Positions 21,925-32,051 of a stretch of DNA of 64,000 bases are shown here, piece by piece; position 1 is the stretch's first letter, and each line of letters opens with the position of its first letter. Source of the DNA: Histomonas meleagridis 2922-C6/04-290x (Eukaryota > Protista > Parabasalia). The position numbers and the translations under genes are program-made. The stretch lies in the NCBI GenBank assembly GCA_020184695.1, contig JAANOX010000047.1, positions 62,001 through 126,000 on the forward strand, read 5' to 3'. Below the pieces are notes generated by a model that saw only the letters and a program-made list of their open reading frames with translations, was not told the origin of the DNA and did not search any database.

Positions 21925-22614
21925 ATGGACGAACAATACATAAAAATAATACCGTTGAAAACATTAGATCGTAAAAGGGTTTCCCGAAATAAAAATGATC
22001 CGCTTCAAAGAATAAAAGTCAATAATTGTACACAATTAAATAAAATTGCTAATTATATACAGCAATTAGGAAACTCACCATCTGAAGATACAAAAGTATT
22101 TTTATATGCAAAGCATGGGGATTCATATGTTAAATTGCCTCTTTTGCTAACAATTTTTGATTACTTTATGATTACAGAACTTGAAGAAGTAATGTATTCT
22201 TTTGGTGAAATTACAGAAAGTGGAAAAGAAAAAATTAGCAACAATTCATCTTCCAAGCAAAATAAGTTATATCAAAATATTTCGCATAAAAAAAAGAGCA
22301 CACATGAAGTTAGAACAGATAATACTAATATCCCAACATTTCAATATCCTATGCCACCAGATGCAGATTTGACTTTTACAGACCAACATAATTCTAATTT
22401 ATTTTCAAACGATAACTTTTTTCAGGCCTCTTCAACTGATTCCCAGATATTTCCGTTGTTCCATTCAGGGTTTTCTTTGTTTTCGAATTCATTCGGATTT
22501 CCACTTCCAAATATGGATTCACAACATTTACAAGGAAATGAACAAGAAAACAAACAGAACCTTAGTGAATCAATTTCACTTAGGAAGGATTTGGAACAAA
22601 TTTTGCGAAGATAA
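21925..22614 (+). CDS. Hypothetical protein; N-terminal ~90-aa ubiquitin-like fold candidate (TKI1/CRAMP1-like), disordered C-terminus
   Basis: 229-aa ATG-TAA ORF; the domain call is by eye only. Confidence 0.6.
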   Translation: MDEQYIKIIPLKTLDRKRVSRNKNDPLQRIKVNNCTQLNKIANYIQQLGNSPSEDTKVFLYAKHGDSYVKLPLLLTIFDYFMITELEEVMYSFGEITESGKEKISNNSSSKQNKLYQNISHKKKSTHEVRTDNTNIPTFQYPMPPDADLTFTDQHNSNLFSNDNFFQASSTDSQIFPLFHSGFSLFSNSFGFPLPNMDSQHLQGNEQENKQNLSESISLRKDLEQILRR

Positions 22615-22766
22615 ATTCATAACAAATTTGTTGTATTCTTATATCTTTTAATAAATTAATACTATGTGTTCATATGTTAAATAAGTTTAACAAAAACTGC
22701 AAACATGCATGAGATATCCTAAATAACATAATACTAAAATCCTCCAAATTTTGGCCTGCCCCAAAA

Positions 22767-22788
22767 AGCGGTTTTGGTCCAACCCTTT
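22767..22788 (+). promoter_or_regulatory. Trichomonad ribosomal-protein-type core promoter: M3 (AGCGGTT) + M5 (CCTTT)
   Basis: AGCGGTT at 22767-22773 and CCTTT at 22784-22788, 6 nt before ATG 22795 of Ub-L40. This matches the M3/M5 pairing described for T. vaginalis. Confidence 0.7.
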
Positions 22789-22794
22789 CCCGAT

Positions 22795-23196
22795 ATGCAA
22801 ATCTTTGTCAAGACACTCACAGGAAAACATATAACACTCGAAGTTGAGCCAACCGATCGCATTGAAGATGTCAAATCCAAAATCCAAGACAAGGAAGGAA
22901 TTCCACCAGATCAACAACGTCTCATTTTTGCAGGAAAACAATTAGAAGATGGTAACACACTCCAAGATTATTCCATTCAGAAGGACTCTACCCTCCACCT
23001 TGTTCTTCGTCTTCGTGGTGGTGGCGGTAAAGATAGCTATGAACCATCCCTTCGTCTCCTTGCAGAAAAGACAAACGTCCAACGCAGAATATGCCGTAAG
23101 TGCTATGCACGTCTTTCAGCACGTGCTGAGCAATGCCGTCACAAGAGATGTGGTCATTGCAAGAAGATCCGTGCAAAGAAGGCAGGAAAGGACTAA
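22795..23196 (+). CDS. UBA52: Ubiquitin-60S ribosomal protein L40 fusion
   Basis: [11 protein letters not shown]...LRLRGG followed by [25 protein letters not shown] Zn ribbon. Confidence 0.99.
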   Translation: MQIFVKTLTGKHITLEVEPTDRIEDVKSKIQDKEGIPPDQQRLIFAGKQLEDGNTLQDYSIQKDSTLHLVLRLRGGGGKDSYEPSLRLLAEKTNVQRRICRKCYARLSARAEQCRHKRCGHCKKIRAKKAGKD

Positions 23197-23374
23197 ACAG
23201 TAATAACCCATTTTTTGCAAATATCATTTTATTTCTTTTTCTCATTTTCTACATTTGACAATTCTAAATGACAAATCAGATCTGATATTACAGTAAACAC
23301 TGAATTTTGAAAACAAAACAAAACATTATCAATTTAGTACATATTTAATATTAGAAATTTATAATAAATTAATA

Positions 23375-24739
23375 TCAGCACAAAATATCAAAATTAAGAA
23401 TTGCAACTTCTCCCGAGTGAAGACAAATTGATAAATATTTTCCATCTGTAGACCAACAAATATCATTTATAGGGACGTCAGTCATATATTTCACTATTAA
23501 TTGATTTGTTTGGATCGACCAAATGGAAATAAAATTCTCTGCGCCAACACTTGCAATGTATCTTTCTTGAGGATCATATGCAACAATGTATGCAGCTGCG
23601 GGATGTCCATCAAATAAACTTGGTTCACTTTCATTTAAATCGATAACTTTAACAAATCCATCTGCTCCTCCAGTAGCTAATGCATTATTATTAGGTGACC
23701 ATGATATTGAACATACACTTGATTCATGTAAGTTATGTTCATATTTAACTTTATCACTTTTATCAAGAAATGTGACTTTCCCAGATTCATCACCAACAGC
23801 TAAATAAGAGCCATCGTCGTTCATTGAAATTTGAATTATGTCGGTTTTCGCAGTGAAAATTTGTTTGATGGAACCATCAGAGTGACACTCGATAACATCT
23901 TTTGCACAGCCGACGAGAAGATTTGATTCGCTTCTCCATAAAACATCTGTTGGGTCTGTACCTTCAATATGCCATTCTTTTACCAAGGATCCTGTTCTTT
24001 TATCAATCATAAAAACATGTCCATTGTTATTAACAGCAGCTAAAAAAGCTGCGTTAAATTGCATTGATAAAATAGGAAATTCTTCGAAATTAAACTCATG
24101 TGTAATATTTTCTGTGTCAATTAATTTGATTGAACCTAAAAATGTCCCAACTGCTAAAAGAGGTTCTTCTTCACTCCAACATAATGTAGTAACATCGGAA
24201 CCAACATCAATAATATTAGGATTGTCATAAATATAGTTTTCATTTGGATCAAATTTCCATATTATTACTTTTCCATCAATCCCTCCTGTTGCTAAAAATT
24301 CTGATTTGTGACTCCAACATGATTTTATTGCAGCTTGATTGTGTGCTTCTAAAATTAAAGCAGATTGTGAATTTAAATAAAATTGGTTAAATCTATTTTG
24401 TTGATTTCCCATCCCTATATTTATTTTACATGAAGCCGATGATAGTTCTTGAATCATCTCAACTGATTGTTGTTGAGAATTTTTTAAAGAGTCCAAATCT
24501 TCTTCAAATTGATGATTTGGTGTTGAAGCAGATGAAGAGGCAGCCTCTTCTATTTGTGAAAACATTATTCCTTTTTGTATTAAGTAAACTAATGACCCTG
24601 GTGGAACATATCTTTGATTAATATTTTCCTTTAAAGGAATTCTTGATTCAACTCCAAATGCGAATGCCGCGTGATTGTAACCAAATTCTTGCAAATAATT
24701 TTGGATTAAAAGGTTAATTTCATCGCTTGATAAGGACAT
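23375..24739 (-). CDS. TBL1: LisH + WD40 protein, TBL1/ebi/Sif2 family
   Basis: MSLSSDEINLLIQNYLQEFGYNHAAFAF..VPPGSLVYLIQKG N-terminus plus WD40 repeats. Confidence 0.9.
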   Translation of the reverse strand: MSLSSDEINLLIQNYLQEFGYNHAAFAFGVESRIPLKENINQRYVPPGSLVYLIQKGIMFSQIEEAASSSASTPNHQFEEDLDSLKNSQQQSVEMIQELSSASCKINIGMGNQQNRFNQFYLNSQSALILEAHNQAAIKSCWSHKSEFLATGGIDGKVIIWKFDPNENYIYDNPNIIDVGSDVTTLCWSEEEPLLAVGTFLGSIKLIDTENITHEFNFEEFPILSMQFNAAFLAAVNNNGHVFMIDKRTGSLVKEWHIEGTDPTDVLWRSESNLLVGCAKDVIECHSDGSIKQIFTAKTDIIQISMNDDGSYLAVGDESGKVTFLDKSDKVKYEHNLHESSVCSISWSPNNNALATGGADGFVKVIDLNESEPSLFDGHPAAAYIVAYDPQERYIASVGAENFISIWSIQTNQLIVKYMTDVPINDICWSTDGKYLSICLHSGEVAILNFDILC

Positions 24740-24906
24740 TGAGGGAAATGTTATATGAAAATTACCATTTTTTGTAAAACACTCAAAATTTTCTTTTCGA
24801 TTAAATAGTTCAATGAAATCGAAAACTTTTCAGATTCAAACGATGATATGACATTGAATTTCCTTATCGTCTCAACATTTTGAAATAAATGATGTTACAA
24901 TTATTT

Positions 24907-26946
24907 TTATTTGTTTTGATCATTTTCTTTGTAATATCTCAGATAACATATAATAGCACGTATAAATACGTAAACCAATAACAATGCAAATGTCCCATCC
25001 ATTCCAAACATTTTATGCAATACAACCAATAATAAAAATCTGGACAAATATCTTGATTTAAAGATACTTAAATCTAATTCATCTGGATTTTCATCAATAA
25101 TATTTGCATCTCTTTTCATAACAATATTTTGAGGAGCATATTTCTTATAAGTCACAGTTGATTTTTCTTGTTTTTCCGTCTTCAATGGTACATAAGGGAT
25201 ATTTAAACTCATCATTTTTGTTACTTCTACAAATACATTATCTGGAATCTTTGCGGAATTAATTTGTTTTAATGTATGTACTGGTTTATGAGATTGAAGT
25301 TTTCTCGTATTTGGAGGTGGTGCAGCAGCATTCATAAAACGAACTGTTTTAGTATTAGGTTTTGGTGCATTACTTTGTGTATTCTTAATATTATTTTGTG
25401 AATTGTTATTATTATTAATGTTATTGTTCTGATTATTCATAATATTATCCATACTAAGTGAATCAAATGGTGAAGCAGAAGCAACAAATGTTGAATCAGC
25501 AGTGTTCATTTGTGTAAAAGGTGAATTCTCTGATACGAATGTTGAATCAGCGGTATTCATTTGTGAAAAAGGTGAATTATCAGAAACAAATGTTGAATCA
25601 TTTATATTAATATTTTGTACATATGTAGAATCAGCATTAAAAGTCGAATCTAACATATTTGTATTGGCGAATGTTGAATTAGTATTCATATTAAAAGAAG
25701 ATGGTTCCGATAAGAAATCTGAATTTGCAAATGATGATGAATCTGCATAAAATTGTTTTCTGTCTGGTATTTGTTCTTCATTTAAGTTTATCGAATCAAC
25801 ATATTGTTGTTTCTTTGCAGTTAATGCAAGCGCTATCGTATCAAAAGTGACATTTCCGGAATTCATATCAAAGTTTGATGCGGAAACTATATCTATTTGA
25901 TGTAATCCTAAGTCGCTTTCAGATTGTGAGAGAAGATCCATTGTTCTAAATGTGGGTGTGTCTTCAAACTTCTCTTCGAATTGTCGTTCTTGTCCTTCTT
26001 TGATAAGTTCTGCCATTATTTCATTTCGATCAAGTCGTGAAGCGCGTTGAAGAAATGGATGATCAAGGAGTTGCTCAATTGTCCATCGATCTCTTGGATT
26101 CGTTTCAACGCAATGTGAAACAAAATCACAGAACTCTGATGAATGCATGTATGGATAACGAAATCCTGGAAATCCATTTAATGCAATTTCAACCATTGCT
26201 TTCGTAGGCGGAAGTTCGATATATGGAGGAGCGCCTTCTGAAAGTTCGACTGCAGTGATACCAACACTCCAGATATCAGCAGTAAAGTCATATGAAATAC
26301 CACTAATAACTTCGGGCGCCATCCAATATGGAGTACCAACAATTGTCATCGTATGACATGTACCATTAGGTTCAAATTTACGAGATACTCCAAAATCTGC
26401 AATACGGATCCCACTGTCGGATGTAAGAAGGATGTTAGCAGATTTAATATCTCGATGAATAATTCGATGTCGAGTATGAATAAGATGAAGACCGCGAAGT
26501 AAATCAACTAGAACTATACCAATTTGATCTTCACTTAAAACTTGTTCACGTCGATCAAGAAGATCACGAAGAGAACCACAGTCACAATTTTCCATTAAGA
26601 TCATTAATGACCCTTCAAATGGAACGCATCCATAATAGTGAACTGTGTATGGGGAATCAACGTAACGAAGTGATCGAATCTCGTTTTGAACTTCGAGTTT
26701 GGACTCTTCATTAAGAAGTGATGAATTAATAAGTTTACCTGCAAATAGTTTTTGTGATGGAATATGTTCTACTTCATATACAACGCCAAATCTTCCTTTG
26801 CCTAAAACTTTGATTTTTCGGAAGATTGTGGTTGGGTCAAAGGAATCATCAAATTCCCAGTTAAGTTCACTATCTATGTGAACAACATGTGATACCTCTT
26901 GTGGTTCTGATACTTTCGCCTTCCTTTGAAATAGTTTCTTGAGCAT
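24907..26946 (-). CDS. STE20-family Ser/Thr kinase with N-terminal CRIB-like motif, DSTF-repeat linker and hydrophobic C-terminus
   Basis: GKGRFG, HRDIKSANIL, DFG, GTPYWMAPE; N-terminal VSEPQEVSHVVHI. Confidence 0.95.
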   Translation of the reverse strand: MLKKLFQRKAKVSEPQEVSHVVHIDSELNWEFDDSFDPTTIFRKIKVLGKGRFGVVYEVEHIPSQKLFAGKLINSSLLNEESKLEVQNEIRSLRYVDSPYTVHYYGCVPFEGSLMILMENCDCGSLRDLLDRREQVLSEDQIGIVLVDLLRGLHLIHTRHRIIHRDIKSANILLTSDSGIRIADFGVSRKFEPNGTCHTMTIVGTPYWMAPEVISGISYDFTADIWSVGITAVELSEGAPPYIELPPTKAMVEIALNGFPGFRYPYMHSSEFCDFVSHCVETNPRDRWTIEQLLDHPFLQRASRLDRNEIMAELIKEGQERQFEEKFEDTPTFRTMDLLSQSESDLGLHQIDIVSASNFDMNSGNVTFDTIALALTAKKQQYVDSINLNEEQIPDRKQFYADSSSFANSDFLSEPSSFNMNTNSTFANTNMLDSTFNADSTYVQNININDSTFVSDNSPFSQMNTADSTFVSENSPFTQMNTADSTFVASASPFDSLSMDNIMNNQNNNINNNNNSQNNIKNTQSNAPKPNTKTVRFMNAAAPPPNTRKLQSHKPVHTLKQINSAKIPDNVFVEVTKMMSLNIPYVPLKTEKQEKSTVTYKKYAPQNIVMKRDANIIDENPDELDLSIFKSRYLSRFLLLVVLHKMFGMDGTFALLLVYVFIRAIICYLRYYKENDQNK

Positions 26947-27590
26947 TTTTTGAGCAAAAACTTTAGGGGCGCCCTATTTTCACTCTCAAAAGCGATTTTT
27001 TGTGCGTCATTTTCTGTGAAATGAATAAAACGATCGAATTTAATTCAAGTTTAAATATATTGATTTCTGGAAAGTTCAACATAATTTTGTGAAATATATT
27101 TCCTCACCTTAAAAATGAGAAATTATATGTTTCACGAAAACGAAAATTTAGCTTTAACAAATTATCCAATAATGTATTAGATAAATACCAAATATTTTTA
27201 ACCAAAAGCAATGAATTTAGATTTAGTGTGTATGTGCTTTCAATAACTTCTTGAAAAAGCATAATTTATTGGAATTTTTTTCTTTTATAAAAAGATTTCC
27301 CTTAATTCTTCTTTTATGAGAACATACTTTGTATTTATATGGCTTTTAGATCTAAAGGCTATAGCACACAGCACTTAAAATCATTCGTTTCAAAATCAAT
27401 TTCCTGATTCAAATTTTCCTTTAACAATATAAGCATAAAAAATTAAAGCAGCTTCCAGTCTATTAAAATTAATGTCAATAATTCAAATAAATATATTTAA
27501 GAATGTTTAAACATGAAAATGATCATTTGTTGTCACTTTATCGTCGATAAAGTAATTTCATATAACATTTCAAACCGTAGGTAGTTTCTC

Positions 27591-28154
27591 ATGAACCAAA
27601 ACAATGCAGATATAGAAATCAACTTAGGTGCTGAATTTGAAAGGCAGCTAAATAGTGTTATGGTTAACGTATTTAGAATTCCACCACTTAATCAAGCAGA
27701 AGGTTACAGATGCACTGGATGGGAAGGAAACCAACTTTGGCATGGTCGCCTTCGTGTTCTTGTAAAAGGCAAAAATGCACGTATTGTACTTGATGAGCCT
27801 GATACAGGTAAATTTTTCGCAGAGTGCCCATTAGATCATCCAAATGCAGTTGAACCTGTTACTGATTCTTCAAGGTATTTTGTTCTTCGCGTTGTTCAAG
27901 GAACGAGACACGCTTTTATTGGTATAGGAATGCAAGAAAGAAACGAATCGTTTGATTTCAAGATTGCTGTTGAAAATGCACGTAAAATAGCAGCTGACTT
28001 CGAAGCTGAACAAAACGCACCACAAGCTCCAGTTGAAATACAATCATCCGGTAGAGACTATTCTCTTCACAAAGGTCAAAAGATTACAATCAATCTTCCA
28101 AACGGTCAAACAACACGAAAGAAGAGAACAGTAAATGGTGGCTTTAGGCTCTAA
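27591..28154 (+). CDS. NECAP: NECAP (adaptin ear-binding coat-associated protein, PHear domain)
   Basis: GYRC..W..LW.GRLRV, FAECP, VEPVTDSSRYFVLRV, HAFIGIG..ERNESFDF. Confidence 0.93.
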   Translation: MNQNNADIEINLGAEFERQLNSVMVNVFRIPPLNQAEGYRCTGWEGNQLWHGRLRVLVKGKNARIVLDEPDTGKFFAECPLDHPNAVEPVTDSSRYFVLRVVQGTRHAFIGIGMQERNESFDFKIAVENARKIAADFEAEQNAPQAPVEIQSSGRDYSLHKGQKITINLPNGQTTRKKRTVNGGFRL

Positions 28155-28338
28155 ACACTTTAGCCCTTACACACTCTTTCCTTGTTTTTTCTTGAGATAT
28201 CTTATTCTGATTATAATCAACAAAAATCTGTTCCAATATTTCGAATGTTTCCAATAATGTGATCGCAGGTTGCATTCTAAAAACATAAAATTGAGTTTTT
28301 TGGTGAACGAGCAAATTAATAATTTCAATCTTTTATTT

Positions 28339-28929
28339 TTATTTCTTCTTCATACAATAAATAAACGCAGAAGGATGGGTAAATGAACCGTCAGGTGGTT
28401 CGTACTCTTTCCAATCGATAACAGTCCAATTAAATTCAGGTTTCATGAAAATTTCATTGCGTTGCATAGGATGCCCACATGTAACGACGACATATTGACC
28501 ACCAGATTTTAGAACTCTACTGACTTCTAATAACATTTTTGTTATTTGCTCGTTTGTTTCATCAAGGAAAAATAAACAATCTAAAGTTCCCTTGTCAACA
28601 ATAGAATCAAATGACTCATTAGGATAAGTCATTTCACGTACGTCCATAACACTCCATTCTAATTGAGGGTATTTGACTTTCATTTCTTCAATTGCTTCAG
28701 GACTGTAATCCATACTTTGAATATCCTTATACCCTTCATTGTACATTTCAAAAGATAAATCAGATGTACCGCAACCTATAACAAGAGTTTTCTTATCGGT
28801 ACCAAGATGTTTATGTATAAATTTTCTGATTGTTGAATATGGAACAAACCATTCAGCAGGTGCTTCACCTGTTTTATAGCCATCATCCCAGTAGGTCATA
28901 TTACCAAAATCAGGAATCTGCTCGGACAT
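28339..28929 (-). CDS. Class I SAM-dependent methyltransferase (EEF1AKMT4/METTL13-N-like)
   Basis: YWDDGY, EWF, LVIGCGTS, MDYS, MDVREM, DKGTLDCL. ATG at 28929. Confidence 0.92.
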   Translation of the reverse strand: MSEQIPDFGNMTYWDDGYKTGEAPAEWFVPYSTIRKFIHKHLGTDKKTLVIGCGTSDLSFEMYNEGYKDIQSMDYSPEAIEEMKVKYPQLEWSVMDVREMTYPNESFDSIVDKGTLDCLFFLDETNEQITKMLLEVSRVLKSGGQYVVVTCGHPMQRNEIFMKPEFNWTVIDWKEYEPPDGSFTHPSAFIYCMKKK

Positions 28930-29216
28930 CGGAGATGATTTTTTTGTATGGATATCTGGTCGACCAGAACTGAGTGTCACTTTTTAGACTGAGTTAGTAG
29001 TTTTAATAATTTTTACATGTAAAAAAGTTTTTGCAACAAAATGATGAATTTATGTAATTGTATGAATCTATGCAGAATCTTTTCACTTTTTGAATAAAAA
29101 TCAATTTATTCTCATTATTATAAAAAAACCAAAGAATTTTTGGTTGAGATTAATTCCATCATTTACATTTTTTTCAATGAATAAAGTTTTCAAAAACTGC
29201 TTGCTTAATCAAAGGA

Positions 29217-31067
29217 ATGCTGACGATTTTATTCTCTTTTTCTCTCAGTTCGACTCAATTTGCTGCAGATTTTGTATTCAGAACACATCATAGGGATGGC
29301 TGGAATGGAACAAACACAAAGTATGATGGTCATTCAGGAATTGCTTTATTATTAACAGATTCTATTGTTTCAGATCTTGATAAATTTTTCCAGAAAAACA
29401 GAAAAGAGCCTGAAATTGTTGTTGTTCCATTACAATATGCAACTTCATCAATCCTTAATAAAATCCAAACAATTTATAAACCAAAACCATTTCTTCAAGG
29501 ATTTGTTATTCTTGCTAATGATGATGCTGATATTTCTCCAGGTGTTCCATTTCCAAATAAAGCATATTCCTGCTATCAAACCAATGATACATTTCAATGG
29601 AACCCTAAAGCAGATTCATTACAAAACCAAAAGTTTGATGTTCCTGTTATTTATCCCTCACATTCAACCACAGAACAAATTTATGAGCACATTCGTCAAA
29701 ATGGTGAAAAAGCAGGTTTTTATCTGAACAACTTTATGATATCGAAAGGTAACGATGTTTCATGTCTCAGTGAAGGTAATTGCAAACCTATTGGTGGTAT
29801 TTCCATGTATGGTTCATTTACAAATAATTATAATTCATCTTCTATATGGGCTATTACATCATTTGATACCTATGGTTTAATTCCATATGGTTCAACAGGT
29901 TCTGATTATTCCATTTCTGGCTTTGTTACGCTTTTAGCCGCAATTGAATTATTCCAAGGTGTTAATTGGTCGGAAGCCAAGCACCAATTAAAGTTTGCCT
30001 TTTTCGAGGGGGAAGAGAATGGCTATTTAGGGTCTGAGAAGTTTGTCACCGATATTACAAATTTCAAATGTCAAGTTGGTACCTCCGGTTCCAACACTTG
30101 TCGCGAGCCTCCACGTTCTGACATGGGCTTTCTAGATGTTTTTCTTGATAACATTTCAGCAATTGTTGAAATTCGTCAAGATGCCACATCATCAAATCTT
30201 TATGCGCATTCGATGCCATCGTCGCATAACTTTGTCGACACCGAAGTATTACCAAATCAGGACCATATATTAGTTGCCAATCGTTCATTACCCGGAATTC
30301 CTCCATCGTCCACGCACACCTTCTTAAAGCGTAATCCGAACATGAAACATGTTGTTTTGACAGGTTTCCGCGGCCAATATCCGACAGATAATCGCTATGG
30401 CAGTCCGAGCGATGTCTTATATGATGCAGTTTTGATTGCAAATCATTCATTATCATTAGCGAGAACATTAGCGAAACTTTGCGGCGTAACATTAGTCAAA
30501 GACGAAGTTAATGTTAGTCTTATCAATGAAATTATGGGACTTTTCGTTACGAACATTAGTGCAGCTCCATATGTTAATGAAGTCATTATGAGCAAACAAG
30601 GCGCAACATTACCAACAGATCATATCTCGTTATATGGCGGCGTATTTAATGGTTATACGCTATCATTGAAGCATGTTTTTGTTAGAGAATATTTGAAGGA
30701 AATAATCGCTTATAATGTGACTGATATTAATTGTAGCACAAATAATGACTGCGCAAATTGGTCAATGGAATGCGCACCAAGAAAAAATGTTTGCGTGAGC
30801 GCTCAGTTTAATTATCACCCGGCTTACTCAAACGCATACGAATATAAAGTGTCGAGCGGTAAGTTCGAAGTGGTGAATAACAGCGATGCGCTGCCGCGAA
30901 TGACGGAGGCAGACTGGAAAACTACTGACTTCCAGATGACAATGTTCTCGACAAGTAGAACAGGAAGAGTGACCGTGGGAATAGGAATACTTTTGTGGAT
31001 TGGTTTATCAGTATTGTTCTCATTTTGCTGGAATAGGAGTTTTGTAGAGCTGGTGAATAATAAATAA
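29217..31067 (+). CDS. NCSTN: Nicastrin (gamma-secretase subunit)
   Basis: Signal peptide, CxxxxxCxPIGG, FAFFEGEENGYLGS (DYIGS-like), PPSS..FL, TEADW and a C-terminal TM. Confidence 0.9.
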   Translation: MLTILFSFSLSSTQFAADFVFRTHHRDGWNGTNTKYDGHSGIALLLTDSIVSDLDKFFQKNRKEPEIVVVPLQYATSSILNKIQTIYKPKPFLQGFVILANDDADISPGVPFPNKAYSCYQTNDTFQWNPKADSLQNQKFDVPVIYPSHSTTEQIYEHIRQNGEKAGFYLNNFMISKGNDVSCLSEGNCKPIGGISMYGSFTNNYNSSSIWAITSFDTYGLIPYGSTGSDYSISGFVTLLAAIELFQGVNWSEAKHQLKFAFFEGEENGYLGSEKFVTDITNFKCQVGTSGSNTCREPPRSDMGFLDVFLDNISAIVEIRQDATSSNLYAHSMPSSHNFVDTEVLPNQDHILVANRSLPGIPPSSTHTFLKRNPNMKHVVLTGFRGQYPTDNRYGSPSDVLYDAVLIANHSLSLARTLAKLCGVTLVKDEVNVSLINEIMGLFVTNISAAPYVNEVIMSKQGATLPTDHISLYGGVFNGYTLSLKHVFVREYLKEIIAYNVTDINCSTNNDCANWSMECAPRKNVCVSAQFNYHPAYSNAYEYKVSSGKFEVVNNSDALPRMTEADWKTTDFQMTMFSTSRTGRVTVGIGILLWIGLSVLFSFCWNRSFVELVNNK

Positions 31068-32051
31068 TGAATTTTTTAATAAAAAAATTTTCAACACTGG
31101 AATTTATAAACGCATTTTATTGTAAATCGGAAAATTACTTTACGAATATTGGTGTTTAAAACATTGTATCACGAAGTAATAAAGTTATCTCTGCTTGATT
31201 AGATTTTGCACATTAGAAAAAAAAAAAAAATAAAAGCACAACTATTTTATTGTGATTTCGTGGAGCCAAGGCAGGAAAATTTAAATCCACGTTTCTTTTG
31301 GTATGCTATGTTTGAAGAAAATTGATGGAATTCAGTTTAGCAATCGATAACAAAATATGAAAGTGAACATGTTAAGATCCATAAACAATATAAACAGAAA
31401 CAAATGTTGAGTATTAATTAGACATGAAATTTCTGGGAAAAAAATAATAAGTTTTTATAATAAAAACTTTGGGATATCCTAAAGTTTCTTATATTATATG
31501 TATCACATACTTTTTTATTGTATGCTTTATTAACATGACTGTATTCACTATTTTCTTACTTAGATTATAACTTTCTTTTGAAATAGATCTTTAATAAAAT
31601 AAAATAATAAAAATGAGCCATTATAATACATGTAAATGAATCAAAAACCTGAGACTTCTGTAATTTAATTATGCTAAGAAAACTCAGATTTTAAATTTGC
31701 ATCAAAACCTCACACAAAGATAAAAAGAAAAGAACAGAACACTTAGCAGCCAAAATCATGTAACCTTTTCAAGATATTGTTTAATCTTCTAATGTTTCAT
31801 TTAACTTTATTACATACCAAATACCATATTCAAACACAATTCTAAAATGTTAGCTTCATATATGATTTTTCTTTAAGGTGATTTTAATCTTCGATCTAAA
31901 GATAAATATTTATTATCTAATTGGTTTAACAAAACATCTTTAAACAGGTTGATCTTTAAAAAATATCAATCCTTAATAATAAATGATTCAAAAGATTATA
32001 CATTTTTACTATAACGAATTTCAAAAACTTTATTTATTCTTTACTCAAATA

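Noticed and set aside
31259-31292. CGTGGA...TCCACG hairpin as a possible ncRNA
   Set aside because: Only a 6-bp stem, with no tRNA, snoRNA box or Pol III features.
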